Made by a program: the position numbers and the translations under genes. From IMG/VR virus record IMGVR_UViG_3300037454_000906, positions 32,001 to 96,000 of that record: a stretch of 64,000 bases of DNA. One strand, written 5' to 3'. The notes beneath the pieces are model-generated. The model had not been told where the DNA came from and searched no databases. It saw only the letters and a list, made by a program, of their open reading frames with translations. This DNA is from a virus. This document shows, in pieces, positions 10,058 through 19,053 of this stretch. Position 1 is the stretch's first letter, and the number at the start of each line of letters is the position of its first letter.

Positions 10058-10474
10058 CTAACACTCGACCGTGTTTCCTTCCGCGACGAGGACACGCTTA
10101 TAGTAGTTCCGTACCAGTTGCATCACATCGGGCCATTGGGCATCGGGAATCCTATTCGCGTCAGGTTCATCGACGATGACGAAAAGGGTCGCGCTGTCAT
10201 TCGCATCGCCCTCGTCGGCCTTGATGTTCGCTTCAAGAAGGACGGAGTACACATCGCGGTTTATCCCCACCAGGGTCCCGCATTTCGCCATGGCGCGGAA
10301 CACCGTGGTCACATATTTGTTGACCGACCCGGAACTGGGTTTCGGGCCGACCGGGTGAACCCCCGCGAGAGCATCATAGAACGGGCAGCACATCCCGAAG
10401 TTCATGAGGGAATCGGCGACATCGGTACAAAGCGACCTGGCATTGTCGCGGGTGATGATAAGTTTGATTTTCAT
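10058..10474 (-). CDS. Hypothetical protein
   Basis: 138 aa, GGAGG RBS. Confidence 0.75.
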   Translation of the reverse strand: MKIKLIITRDNARSLCTDVADSLMNFGMCCPFYDALAGVHPVGPKPSSGSVNKYVTTVFRAMAKCGTLVGINRDVYSVLLEANIKADEGDANDSATLFVIVDEPDANRIPDAQWPDVMQLVRNYYKRVLVAEGNTVEC

Positions 10475-10500
10475 TGGGGCCTCCGTATGTAAAAAATTTT

Positions 10501-10908
10501 TTACGCGTCCGGGTTGGATTTCTGCTTCGCCTCGGCAACCTTTTTTCGACCGTATTCGGCGAGCCGCTTCGCGAAGCGTCTTGCCGTGCGCTCGCTCTTG
10601 AAAAAGAGGTCAAGGAGACAATGGACATCATCGCCGTATTCGTCGTACTTGGCCGGGTAACAGCGCAGGTACATGTTGCGGCCCGCAACGGCAGCCGCCA
10701 TGTCCATGAACTCACATTCGGGGACACCGAGCATGGATGCGGTGTCCTCGGTACAGAGGACCTCGTTGCCGTTCATGAAACCGATTGTCCACCCGGACTC
10801 CCATTTGCAGTTGTCGCGGGACAGCGACTCCTCGATAATGCCAATCGGGCATGCCCCGGATGTTGTCGGGACATCGGCGACCTTGGTCAATTCCTTACTC
10901 TTGGCCAT
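10501..10908 (-). CDS. Hypothetical protein (MAKSKELTKV...)
   Basis: Start overlaps the stop of the upstream gene. Confidence 0.7.
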   Translation of the reverse strand: MAKSKELTKVADVPTTSGACPIGIIEESLSRDNCKWESGWTIGFMNGNEVLCTEDTASMLGVPECEFMDMAAAVAGRNMYLRCYPAKYDEYGDDVHCLLDLFFKSERTARRFAKRLAEYGRKKVAEAKQKSNPDA

Positions 10909-11242
10909 TATTACCACCTTTCCACTTTCTGCACTTACGTTCGTAGCCAAGGCCACGTTTTGCCAGTTCCATGATTTTCAGGGCATTCGCCTCGCTGTTG
11001 CAGGCACAGGCGTAATTGGCCAGGTTGGAGAGCATGTCCCCGAACGCGGACCAGTGCATGCTCACGTAGCTCATGGAAGCATAGGCCGCCTGAAACTCCT
11101 GGTTGGCCTTCTTCGCCGATACGAGCGTGAACCCGTACCGCTTCGCGTTGCTTGCACTGGGCTTGCCCAGGCCGTCCACAATCTCCTTCGCCATGAGCAT
11201 AATGTCGCGACGATCGATGCATTTCTCGTTAACTTCCGCCAT
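10895..11242 (-). CDS. Hypothetical protein (MAEVNEK...)
   Basis: Start after AAGGAGG; motif upstream. Confidence 0.75.
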   Translation of the reverse strand: MAEVNEKCIDRRDIMLMAKEIVDGLGKPSASNAKRYGFTLVSAKKANQEFQAAYASMSYVSMHWSAFGDMLSNLANYACACNSEANALKIMELAKRGLGYERKCRKWKGGNNGQE

Positions 11243-11321
11243 ATCGGCCTCCTTTTCGATTTCTGCCCCTACGTTGGGGCCCCGGACCCAACCGGAGCCG
11301 GGACCGCCGGGACACGGCGGG

Positions 11322-11765
11322 CTACACCTCCGTCTCGCGAACGCAGATGTCAAGGTGCGCTTGACGGAGCGTGTCCGGGTTGGCGATGCCGATGTGCACT
11401 TCCGTTTCCAGGCGCTCCATCGCCTCCAACTTCCTGCGGAAGATTCCGAGGAACCTCTCCAAGGGAATCACACCGCCCGCCCGGATAGGCTTGAAGTCCT
11501 CGTCCTCCGTGTCGCAGAAGAACTTCCACCCGAAATGGCTTGTACCCGCGTTCAGCCTGTCGAGGTCGAGCGCGGTGCCGTCCCCCGACAGGGGCCACCC
11601 GCGCCCCTCGCTCTCCTCGCGGAGATAGTCGCGGATGTCAGCGATTACCCCGTCAACGGCCAGGGCGCGGCTCGTCTTTATCCCGTTCGCCACGCCCGGG
11701 GCTCCGGGCTCCCTGCTGAACTTCATCGTCACGGTTACGGCGTACGCCGCCTGCTTCCTGCGCAT
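11322..11765 (-). CDS. Hypothetical protein
   Basis: 147-aa ORF. Confidence 0.7.
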   Translation of the reverse strand: MRRKQAAYAVTVTMKFSREPGAPGVANGIKTSRALAVDGVIADIRDYLREESEGRGWPLSGDGTALDLDRLNAGTSHFGWKFFCDTEDEDFKPIRAGGVIPLERFLGIFRRKLEAMERLETEVHIGIANPDTLRQAHLDICVRETEV

Positions 11766-11794
11766 GGCATTACCCCCAAAAATGTAAAAATTTT

Positions 11795-12445
11795 TTAACC
11801 TTCTCCTTCCACGGGGGACAGGCAGCTCCTGGCCTCGTAGGAGGACAGGCTCGCGACCAGGGCGCGGCCCGCCCCGTCAACGCCGAAGTCCACGCGCACC
11901 GTGTCGGTCTCGAAGTCGATCGACGTGACCACGCCAGTCGCGGTCCCGAAGTCCGCTACGCGGACCTCGCGGCCATCCCCGGAGCCCGCGCCGTACAGGA
12001 AGTAGTGCTCCTTGTACGGGAGGGCATCCAGGCGCATGCCGCGCTCGGTCGCCTCGCTGTATTCCAACGTGTCGGACATGTCGCCTATAACGGCTGCGGC
12101 CAACGAGGTCATGTCGAACCCGTACCGCTTCCCGACCTCCAGGGAACAGAGGCGGGTCCTGGCGTTCAACGCCGCGACCGCCCTCTCCGCGTCCCTCTTC
12201 CTCGCGTAGTACGCCCGCATGTCGGTGCCGGGCATCACGAAGTACATCGGGCGCATGTCGCCCCCGGTGGCGAGGTAGTCGGACATGAGGACGCCTTCCA
12301 ACGTACCCACGGCCCTCGCTATCTCGCGGACGTAGGGAAAACCCTCCCTCCCGCGGAACGCCACGCAGTACAGTTTCTGGTTGAGGTGGAACGGGTAGCA
12401 TCCCTTCGGGGCAACACCCACTTCAAACACTTCGTAGTTCGTCAT
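11795..12445 (-). CDS. Hypothetical protein (MTNYEVF...)
   Basis: Start after AAAGGAG; separated from its motif copy by the 12472..12837 insertion. Confidence 0.75.
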   Translation of the reverse strand: MTNYEVFEVGVAPKGCYPFHLNQKLYCVAFRGREGFPYVREIARAVGTLEGVLMSDYLATGGDMRPMYFVMPGTDMRAYYARKRDAERAVAALNARTRLCSLEVGKRYGFDMTSLAAAVIGDMSDTLEYSEATERGMRLDALPYKEHYFLYGAGSGDGREVRVADFGTATGVVTSIDFETDTVRVDFGVDGAGRALVASLSSYEARSCLSPVEGEG

Positions 12446-12471
12446 GTCCTTCTCCTTTCCGGTTTGTGTTT

Positions 12472-12837
12472 GGCTATGTTCACCCAAAGTGTTGTTTGGT
12501 GTAAATGGTTAAAAGTTTCACATTTTTTTGCCCGGGCATTGATACGGACCTTGTATTCTTCCGTGTATTTTCCAGCTGTCCGGCTCAATGTTCGGACATA
12601 ATGCCGCTAACCCTTTACGCACTTCATTTTCGAACTGTTCAGTCTTGGGTTGAGCCTCCGTGTCAATGGACACTTCCATATCGGTGATTTTGACTTTACC
12701 GTGGTCGCCGTGGCCGTAAAGCCGTACATAATATCTTGAGATGTCGCTATTGGTCGTTTGTTTGCTCATTTGTCGGGTCCTTTTGTTATTAACTGTTTAC
12801 TTGCTGCTAGTCAGCAACACTTTGGGTGAACATAGCC
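12472..12837. mobile_element. Non-autonomous TIR cassette with passenger gene (IS1595/ISPna2-like MIC)
   Basis: Perfect TIRs GGCTATGTTCACCCAAAGTGTTG at both ends; 8-bp direct repeat TTGTGTTT at 12464-12471 and 12838-12845; no transposase inside. Confidence 0.85.
12518..12769 (-). CDS. Passenger hypothetical protein in TIR cassette
   Basis: 83 aa, AAAGGA RBS, inside 12472..12837. Confidence 0.7.
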   Translation of the reverse strand: MSKQTTNSDISRYYVRLYGHGDHGKVKITDMEVSIDTEAQPKTEQFENEVRKGLAALCPNIEPDSWKIHGRIQGPYQCPGKKM

Positions 12838-12911
12838 TTGTGTTTCATGCCCGTACGTTCGATCCCCGGAACCCACCGTCCGCGGCACCACCGTTACACG
12901 GCGGGTGTCAT

Positions 12912-13370
12912 CTAACGCTCCACCTGTACCCAGTAGGCGTGGTTCACCCCGTCGCAGTTGCCGCACATCACCCCCGAAAGGCAATCCCAGACCTCCTTTC
13001 GCAACGTGGAAAGGTATGCGTCCCTGTCGCTCGAACGGTGCACGCTGAACGTGCGAACCCATTGGCCCACGGCGTAGTAACCCATCACGACGGTCGTAAC
13101 GTCCTGGTCGAAAGGGTCGATGGTCGTGATGCCGTAGGTGCCGTCCGCTCCCATGTACGCCTTCTTCAATGCCGACTGGGTGCTGCCCGCAGGGGCCTCC
13201 CCGCTTACACGGAAGTTAATCCTAGAAAACCGGAAACCCAACGAGGGCTCGGCCCCCGTGTCAACCTCGGCCACCAGTCGCGTCACTAGGTCCACCAGGC
13301 CGTCGAAGGTCTTGTAGTACCTGTACGCGCTCCCGGAAAAACCTGCCTTTTTCTTATCCGTCCTATCCAT
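12912..13370 (-). CDS. Hypothetical protein (MDRTDKKKAG...)
   Basis: Start after GGAGG; motif upstream. Confidence 0.7.
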   Translation of the reverse strand: MDRTDKKKAGFSGSAYRYYKTFDGLVDLVTRLVAEVDTGAEPSLGFRFSRINFRVSGEAPAGSTQSALKKAYMGADGTYGITTIDPFDQDVTTVVMGYYAVGQWVRTFSVHRSSDRDAYLSTLRKEVWDCLSGVMCGNCDGVNHAYWVQVER

Positions 13371-13822
13371 TTTCCATAGCCTCCCAAGGCACGAAGATGC
13401 GTACCCGTTTGCTTGCATGCCCGTACGTTCGATCCCCGGCACCCACCGACCGCGGCACCGCCACGGCACGGAAGGGGCCGGATGTTCCATGTGGAACACC
13501 GCGATTCATATAATTGATATAATTGATAGAATCCATAGACCCGCCGCCCCCAAGGGAACACCTGCCCACAAGTGCACCCTCCAAGGTATCTATGCCACCC
13601 ACTATCCCACACTTTTCCCCACCGCTTCCCCCAGTGCGGCAACAGGTATGGGGCCGACCGGGGGGAAATGGCGGGACACGGGTGGACCGAGGGGGATTAA
13701 ACCCGTGTTCATCGGTCCCCCGAGTTCCCCTTTTTGCGCCAAAAACGCCACATGGTTTACAAAAGGTTACGTAACCCGGTGTGGCCTGGGTGCGCCAGGG
13801 GGACCTGGGGGACAAATGTAAA

Positions 13823-14134
13823 CTAGGGTTTACAGATTGCCGCTCCCGACAGGATCGAGAGTTTCTTGTAGAGCTTGAGGGAATCGGTGAACTTGTCGTT
13901 CCCGATTTGCAGTTCGGCGACCAGGTACCTGTCCCCGAAATTTTCAAAAGATTTTTTCTCGGGTTCCTGTGCGAAGATGATGTCGATGACCTTCTCGGCC
14001 CAAGCCTGGTCATAGTAGTGCACCCTCGTACACTGGCCCCCGGGTGCCTCGGGGTTCCAGGTGACCTTGCCGATGGTCACGAAGGGGACGGTCGCCCTGC
14101 CCCCGTTGGCTAACGTGAGTTCCATGTGTTGCAT
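13823..14134 (-). CDS. Hypothetical protein (MQHMELTLANGG...)
   Basis: Start after AGGAGG. Confidence 0.7.
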   Translation of the reverse strand: MQHMELTLANGGRATVPFVTIGKVTWNPEAPGGQCTRVHYYDQAWAEKVIDIIFAQEPEKKSFENFGDRYLVAELQIGNDKFTDSLKLYKKLSILSGAAICKP

Positions 14135-14516
14135 GGTACCTCCTGTGGTCATTGGTGCACACGCGGGCACCCCGTGTCCAACGATGGGGTCGTGGACATG
14201 GGTGCCCGTGTGTGCAGTGGTGGACCCCCGTGGTTCGCGGTGGCAACACGGGGGAAACGCTTGGTCGGCGGGGGGCGCGGGTACGGGGTAGCCGCCACGG
14301 TCATTCGGGGACCTGGGGGCCACCCCCTGTGAACGCAGGCCGTGCCCTGTCCGGCGACCTGTGCCTACGCTGTACCCCCGTGTCCCCCTCGATCTGGGAC
14401 ACTGGGTACACGGTGGGCATGGGGTCGCCGGGGGTCACTGGTCGCGGGAGGGGTGGTACACGGTGGGGATGGGCGGGCAGGGCGCGGCGGTGGAGCCTGG
14501 ACGGAGGTGGCGCCTG

Positions 14517-14803
14517 GGTTGTTAGCTGTTAATGAAAATGTTAATAAAATTTAACTAAACATACTTAAATATGCTAATGGAAATAATGTATATTTAGTTA
14601 TGCCTAGTTTGATATGCCGACCGTGTTAAGGCTCTTCAGTAATGAAGTAGGACTAGGCAAGTCAGCCGTGTTGCTTGATGCATATTAGGTATATCGCGTA
14701 GATACGGTTGATTAAGTGCCGTTACGGCCTACCCAGTGATGGGCAAGGTAGGAAATCACATAAGTCTATCTCTTGGTAGATTTAGGTAGGTTTCAGCTAA
14801 CGG
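14517..14803 (+). mobile_element. IS607-type mini-element copy 1 (no ORF; AT-rich left end plus omegaRNA-like scaffold)
   Basis: Near-identical to 39106..39393 and 56028..56313 (both inverted). Begins GGTTGTTAGC and ends TTTCAGCTAACGG. Shares CGACCGTGTTAAG, TGCCGTT(A/G)CG, TAGGAAATCAC and the end motif with the last ~190 nt of the tnpB element. Confidence 0.85.
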
Positions 14804-14820
14804 TGGAAAAATGAAAAATT

Positions 14821-14859
14821 AAAAAACGGAAAGGCCCCCGGTTGTTCACCGGGGGCCTT
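14821..14859 (-). terminator. Intrinsic terminator
   Basis: AAGGCCCCCGG-ttgttca-CCGGGGGCCTT hairpin followed on the minus strand by a T-rich tract. Confidence 0.7.
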
Positions 14860-14898
14860 GGATGTTTGGAGTATTATATGGATTTGATTGAGATTGTA

Positions 14899-15129
14899 CT
14901 AGGGGACCATCTTGGATCCGAATATTTTCCTGGACCACTTCCTGAACGTTTCGGGGGTGCAGGGGTTGAGCCAGTTGCCGCATTGTGCGTCGGAGATCTG
15001 TCCGTCCCTGTGGAGGGAGTCCTTGAACGCCGCCCAGGAGAGCTGCATTTCCCAGTAGTCGCCCCAGGGGGTGTCCTTGGACTCGACGAACATCTGGATG
15101 GCCTGTCGTTTGGTGAGGTACTTGCGCAT
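14899..15129 (-). CDS. Hypothetical protein
   Basis: 76 aa, AAGGAG RBS. Confidence 0.75.
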   Translation of the reverse strand: MRKYLTKRQAIQMFVESKDTPWGDYWEMQLSWAAFKDSLHRDGQISDAQCGNWLNPCTPETFRKWSRKIFGSKMVP

Positions 15130-15139
15130 GGTGTTCTCC

Positions 15140-15592
15140 TTACTGCGGCATGACGTGTACGCGGGTGTTGAACCCGAGGGCGGACTCCCCGAGCATCTTT
15201 GCGATGGATTTTCCCTTTTCGGTGAGGGAGAGGGCGAAGATTTCGCCTTGTTCCTCGGTGTCGATAGTCCACACGGGTTCGAGGGTGTCCTTGGTGTCCA
15301 TGTAGCCGATGCTGAGGAACACTCCGCGTTCCTGGGCGGCGTTCTTCACGTCCTCGATTGCGCCGTAGAACTTCTGGACAGCGGGGAGTTCGGCGGTCGG
15401 TATTCCCTTGGCCGGGGCCGCGCCGTCGAGGATGTCCTTGAGGTCGGCGCCGTCTTCGTAGAGGTGCCTGATGGCCTGGTGTGCGTCCTGGTAAGCCTTG
15501 TAGATTTCCGGGGTGACGAGTTTTCTCATGCCTTCGTGTCCGATTTCGGCGTGTCCGAAGTAGGAACCGTTGACTCTCGTGGCGTTTCTCAT
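15140..15592 (-). CDS. Hypothetical protein
   Basis: 150 aa, AAAGGAG RBS, motif upstream. Confidence 0.8.
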   Translation of the reverse strand: MRNATRVNGSYFGHAEIGHEGMRKLVTPEIYKAYQDAHQAIRHLYEDGADLKDILDGAAPAKGIPTAELPAVQKFYGAIEDVKNAAQERGVFLSIGYMDTKDTLEPVWTIDTEEQGEIFALSLTEKGKSIAKMLGESALGFNTRVHVMPQ

Positions 15593-15722
15593 GATTGGAT
15601 CTCCTTTTGATGCCTGTACGGCGTGTCCCCGGGGTCCACGGGGTACGGGGACCTCGGGACACGGCGGGGATGGCTAGAAGCCGACGGGGATTCCGATGGC
15701 TAGTTTTGCAAAAATGAAAAAT

Positions 15723-15905
15723 TTAAGAATCAAATTCCCGGCCCAGGCCACGGAAGTCCTTGTCCATGATATACGCGATTTCGTCGGTGTTGTGCCCGTC
15801 GCGGTAAAGTTCCTGCACCTTGCGGCGGTCCGCCTCGTCGAGGTAGAACCAACCGCGGGCGCGGCACTTCGCCGATACGGCTTCCCATACCTGCTCGAAG
15901 TCCAT
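15723..15905 (-). CDS. Small hypothetical protein (MDFEQVW...)
   Basis: 60 aa, follows the upstream gene. Confidence 0.6.
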   Translation of the reverse strand: MDFEQVWEAVSAKCRARGWFYLDEADRRKVQELYRDGHNTDEIAYIMDKDFRGLGREFDS

Positions 15906-15915
15906 AACTACCCCC

Positions 15916-16578
15916 TTACCCGTCGCCGTTGTCGCAGAGGTCCTCGGCGAGGGATTCATGCCCACGCTGATAGCGGTCCTGCGCACGGTCGAGCATTTTT
16001 ACGATATTTTCCTTGTCCGGTTCGTCGCAATCGGGGATAAGCGGCATGATTCCGGCCATCCACGAATCACCTGCACAGATGTGCACACCTGTCCTGCCGA
16101 GGCCCATGAGGCCGTAATCGGCGAGGCACCTGCCCCCGGTGCGGGTGCGTTCCACGGCCTTGATGCAGTCAAGGAGCGCAATCTCGCTGAAGGGGCTGAA
16201 AATGGCGCCCGTCTTGGGGAGCGGCACAAGGTTGTCGGTGGACGGGGAACCCTTGCTCGACGGGAGGATATGGCGGTAATTCGGGTAGCGGAAGCCATCG
16301 TCGTTGCGCGGGATGTCCTTGAAGAACATCAGGATGCCGTCGCCGCTCGGGTCTGCGAGGACCTTGCAGCGGTGTATGGTCGCCATGTTTTCCAAGCTGA
16401 TGCCCACGGAACCGTCATCGGTGAAGATGAAGATGATGTTCCCGTTGGTCGCCGTGAAGCGGCCCAGGCGCGGTTCGTAGAAAATCGGGTGAAGGTTCGG
16501 ACGGCTCTTGTCCGTAGAAACCACCTTCTTCATCTTGGAAAGGACGGTAGCGGTGTGTGCCATAGAAAATGTAGCCAT
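15916..16578 (-). CDS. Protein with DNA pol III beta-clamp N-terminal-like segment
   Basis: VSTDKSRPNLHPIF...FTATNGNII resembles the DnaN domain motif S-x-D-x-S-R-P-x-L...V-A-T-(D/N)-G; 220 aa, too short for a full clamp. Confidence 0.5.
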   Translation of the reverse strand: MATFSMAHTATVLSKMKKVVSTDKSRPNLHPIFYEPRLGRFTATNGNIIFIFTDDGSVGISLENMATIHRCKVLADPSGDGILMFFKDIPRNDDGFRYPNYRHILPSSKGSPSTDNLVPLPKTGAIFSPFSEIALLDCIKAVERTRTGGRCLADYGLMGLGRTGVHICAGDSWMAGIMPLIPDCDEPDKENIVKMLDRAQDRYQRGHESLAEDLCDNGDG

Positions 16579-16596
16579 GTTCGTGTCTCCTTTTGA

Positions 16597-17322
16597 TGCT
16601 CCCCGTATGTTACGGGGGTGGCGCCTGGGGAGGCGCCGTCCGTGATTCCTAGTCCTGCGGCTCGAAGGAAACTTCTTCCACGAAGCGGGAGTTGCCTTCC
16701 TTCGAGGTGAGGTCGAGGGCCTCGAACTTTTCGCGGGCTTCTTCCTCGTTGGCAGCGGTGATGTAGATTTCGCTGCGGTAGGTGATGCGGAATTTCTTGC
16801 CCCCTTCGGGTTCCTTCGGGGTTTCCGGCTTCTTCTTGGATGTCCTCGGGACGACAACATGGAGTTTGAGCATACCGCCACCTTCCATGTCGATTTCCAC
16901 TTCGTTGCCCTTCATGAGTTCGGCCTTGACGGTGTTCACGAGTTCGTCGAGGCCGAGCTTGCCATCTTCGGCGCGGTCATACATGTCGTTGCCTTCTTCG
17001 CCGATGCTGTCGAGGGAGCCTTCGTCGATATGGCCCGGGACAATCTTGTCGTCCTTGTCAACGGCTTCCTCGTATTTGAGGAACCCTTTGAGCGTTTCGA
17101 TACCGACATCGGCACATTCTTCCTGGGTGTCGCGGAGTTCCGGGTCGAGACGGTCGATCGCCGGGGTGAACTGGCCGGAATAGCAGATTTCGCCTACGAG
17201 GCAGAACTGGGTGGGCTTGGAATTGTTCTTCTTGGACTTTGCCATAAATCGTGTCTCCTTTTGATATGCAGGATATGTTACGGGGACGGCGCCTGGGGTG
17301 GCGCCTCCCGTGATTCCGCGTT
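16597..17322 (-). repeat. Two copies of a variant upstream element (TATGTTACGGGG..GGCGCCTGGGG.GGCGCC.CCGTGATTCC)
   Basis: Copies at ~16597-16650 and ~17263-17322 occupy the motif position before the 16578 and 17245 starts. Confidence 0.7.
16649..17245 (-). CDS. Acidic hypothetical protein
   Basis: 198 aa, AAAGGAG RBS. Confidence 0.8.
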   Translation of the reverse strand: MAKSKKNNSKPTQFCLVGEICYSGQFTPAIDRLDPELRDTQEECADVGIETLKGFLKYEEAVDKDDKIVPGHIDEGSLDSIGEEGNDMYDRAEDGKLGLDELVNTVKAELMKGNEVEIDMEGGGMLKLHVVVPRTSKKKPETPKEPEGGKKFRITYRSEIYITAANEEEAREKFEALDLTSKEGNSRFVEEVSFEPQD

Positions 17323-18055
17323 ACGCGGCCTTCTTCGCCCTTACATGGCAGATTTCGTTCATGGATCCGTATTGGGTCCCGTAGAACTTCCTCCCGTCGA
17401 GGATGAAGCCTACATCGGTCCTTGTCCCGGCGAGGTTGTGGCGCCCTTCCACCGCGTAGTCCACGGGGATTTTGAGGGTGCCGGGCCAGTTAGAAACAAA
17501 AAATTTTCCGTCCTTCTTCGTGAGATACAGATGATACTGTTCGCGCCCTTTGAGGCCCAACAGCGCCTTGCGGTCGCGGACGGCGCAACAGGCGTAGCAA
17601 ATCTTCGCCCCCTCGTATATGCCGCACCCGGTCCCGAAGGATTCGCGTTGCACGGGGAAAGGCTTGCCGCAGTCGGAGCATACGCCCGGTTCCTGGTGGA
17701 CGAAGCCCTTGTAGGCATCCCTCATGGACTTGTCCTGGTTTACCTTGACCTCGACGGTGTAGGTGTCGCCCTTGTATTCGAGCTTCCATTCGCCGAGGTA
17801 GTCGTCGGAGACCTGGCTCCCGGTGACCTCGGAAAGGTCGCCCTTTTCGTCGGGCTTCATGAGGATGGCCTCGGTCCAGGCGCCCTCGTCCTCGGATTCG
17901 GCCCCCACGCACTTGACATCCATCACCATGCCGTTCTCGAAGGTGGCGGAACGGATGATGCTTGCGCCCGGGTCGAGGCGTTCGGTGTTGTCGAGGGCGC
18001 GTTGGACGCGCTCGGCGGTTTCGGGGAAGAGTTCGATTGTGGCACGGTAGTTCAT
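17321..18055 (-). CDS. Two-domain hypothetical phage protein with Cys cluster
   Basis: Start after AAGGAG; CSDCG...GCG...ICYACCA segment. Confidence 0.8.
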   Translation of the reverse strand: MNYRATIELFPETAERVQRALDNTERLDPGASIIRSATFENGMVMDVKCVGAESEDEGAWTEAILMKPDEKGDLSEVTGSQVSDDYLGEWKLEYKGDTYTVEVKVNQDKSMRDAYKGFVHQEPGVCSDCGKPFPVQRESFGTGCGIYEGAKICYACCAVRDRKALLGLKGREQYHLYLTKKDGKFFVSNWPGTLKIPVDYAVEGRHNLAGTRTDVGFILDGRKFYGTQYGSMNEICHVRAKKAA

Positions 18056-18143
18056 GTTGGTGTCTCCTTGTCTGATAGCCCTACGGTGTGTCCCCGGTGT
18101 CCACCCGGCATGGGGACACTGGGACACGGCGGGAACCGGGATT

Positions 18144-18644
18144 TTAGATGCACATGAGCGTTCTTTCGACCTTGGCGATGTCCACTGCGGCCTTGGCGAC
18201 CATGAGCAGTCGTTCCGTGACGAGCGTGGGGACTGGGTTGTTGGTGAGGATGTCGCAGTCTCTTACGATGCCGGAATGAAGGACCTTGACAATGGCCTTA
18301 TGGGGTTCCACATGGGAGCCGACTCGGGAGATAGTCCACTTTATGCCATCCTTGGCCTGGGAGAACTTGACCATGATGATTACGGAGGCAGTGGCAAAGC
18401 GCTCCGTGACGATGATGTTGAACCCCGCGCCGTTGCATTTCCAAGTGGAGGGTTTACCCTTTCCGTGGTATTTGATTGTAATGTATTCGACCTCGATGTA
18501 CGCGTCGTGATTGTCCCCGGTGAAATTTTGCTGAATATAGCCTTTCCATTCATGCCGGAGGGATATGAGTGCTCCGATGTTTGGTTTCCTAATTAACATG
18601 AATGCCTCCTTTCGGCGGTTGCGGGGATTAATCTTCCTCGCCAT
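18144..18644 (-). CDS. Hypothetical protein
   Basis: ORF track; may start at MLIRKP (AAGGAGG RBS). Confidence 0.7.
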   Translation of the reverse strand: MARKINPRNRRKEAFMLIRKPNIGALISLRHEWKGYIQQNFTGDNHDAYIEVEYITIKYHGKGKPSTWKCNGAGFNIIVTERFATASVIIMVKFSQAKDGIKWTISRVGSHVEPHKAIVKVLHSGIVRDCDILTNNPVPTLVTERLLMVAKAAVDIAKVERTLMCI

Positions 18645-18786
18645 CGAGCCATTTGATCAGTTCATCGCGGCACTTGCCGCATATCTTCCTTTCCAACTTG
18701 AAGCCGAGGACATTGGTCATGATGACCGTGTTCATGGGGACATGTCCTTCGAATTTGCACCTGGAACACTTGTTCTTGTGCGGCAT
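18628..18786 (-). CDS. Small CxxC...CxxC protein (MPHKNKCSRC...CGKC...)
   Basis: 52 codons, hand-translated, below the ORF-track cutoff. Confidence 0.5.
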   Translation of the reverse strand: MPHKNKCSRCKFEGHVPMNTVIMTNVLGFKLERKICGKCRDELIKWLDGEED

Positions 18787-18887
18787 TAGTTCTTCTTCAG
18801 GGGGCATTTGTTTCTCCTTTTGATGTCCCTACGGTGTGCCGCCGGGGTCCACCGATCGCGGGGACACCCTGGCACGGTTGGGTATAG

Positions 18888-19012
18888 GGCACCGGGCGGG
18901 CTTCGAACCCGCAACTGTTGACCAGGTAGTCCTGGAACGGACCCCGTGCCTTACCGATGGGCACGGTGGTTATGGTCCCGCCTCTTTCCACGGATTTTTG
19001 GGCTACCGATGC
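18888..19012 (-). ncRNA. tRNA-like RNA with a hairpin inserted in the anticodon loop
   Basis: Acceptor GCATCGG/CCGGTGC; D arm GCC...GGC; anticodon stem GGACC/GGTCC enclosing a CCGTGCC/GGCACGG hairpin; variable arm CCAGG/CCTGG; T arm GCGGG-TTCGAAG-CCCGC; no encoded CCA. Confidence 0.65.
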
Positions 19013-19053
19013 CGATTTCAAAAAATATTTGGGTATGTCTACCCAAAGTGTTT

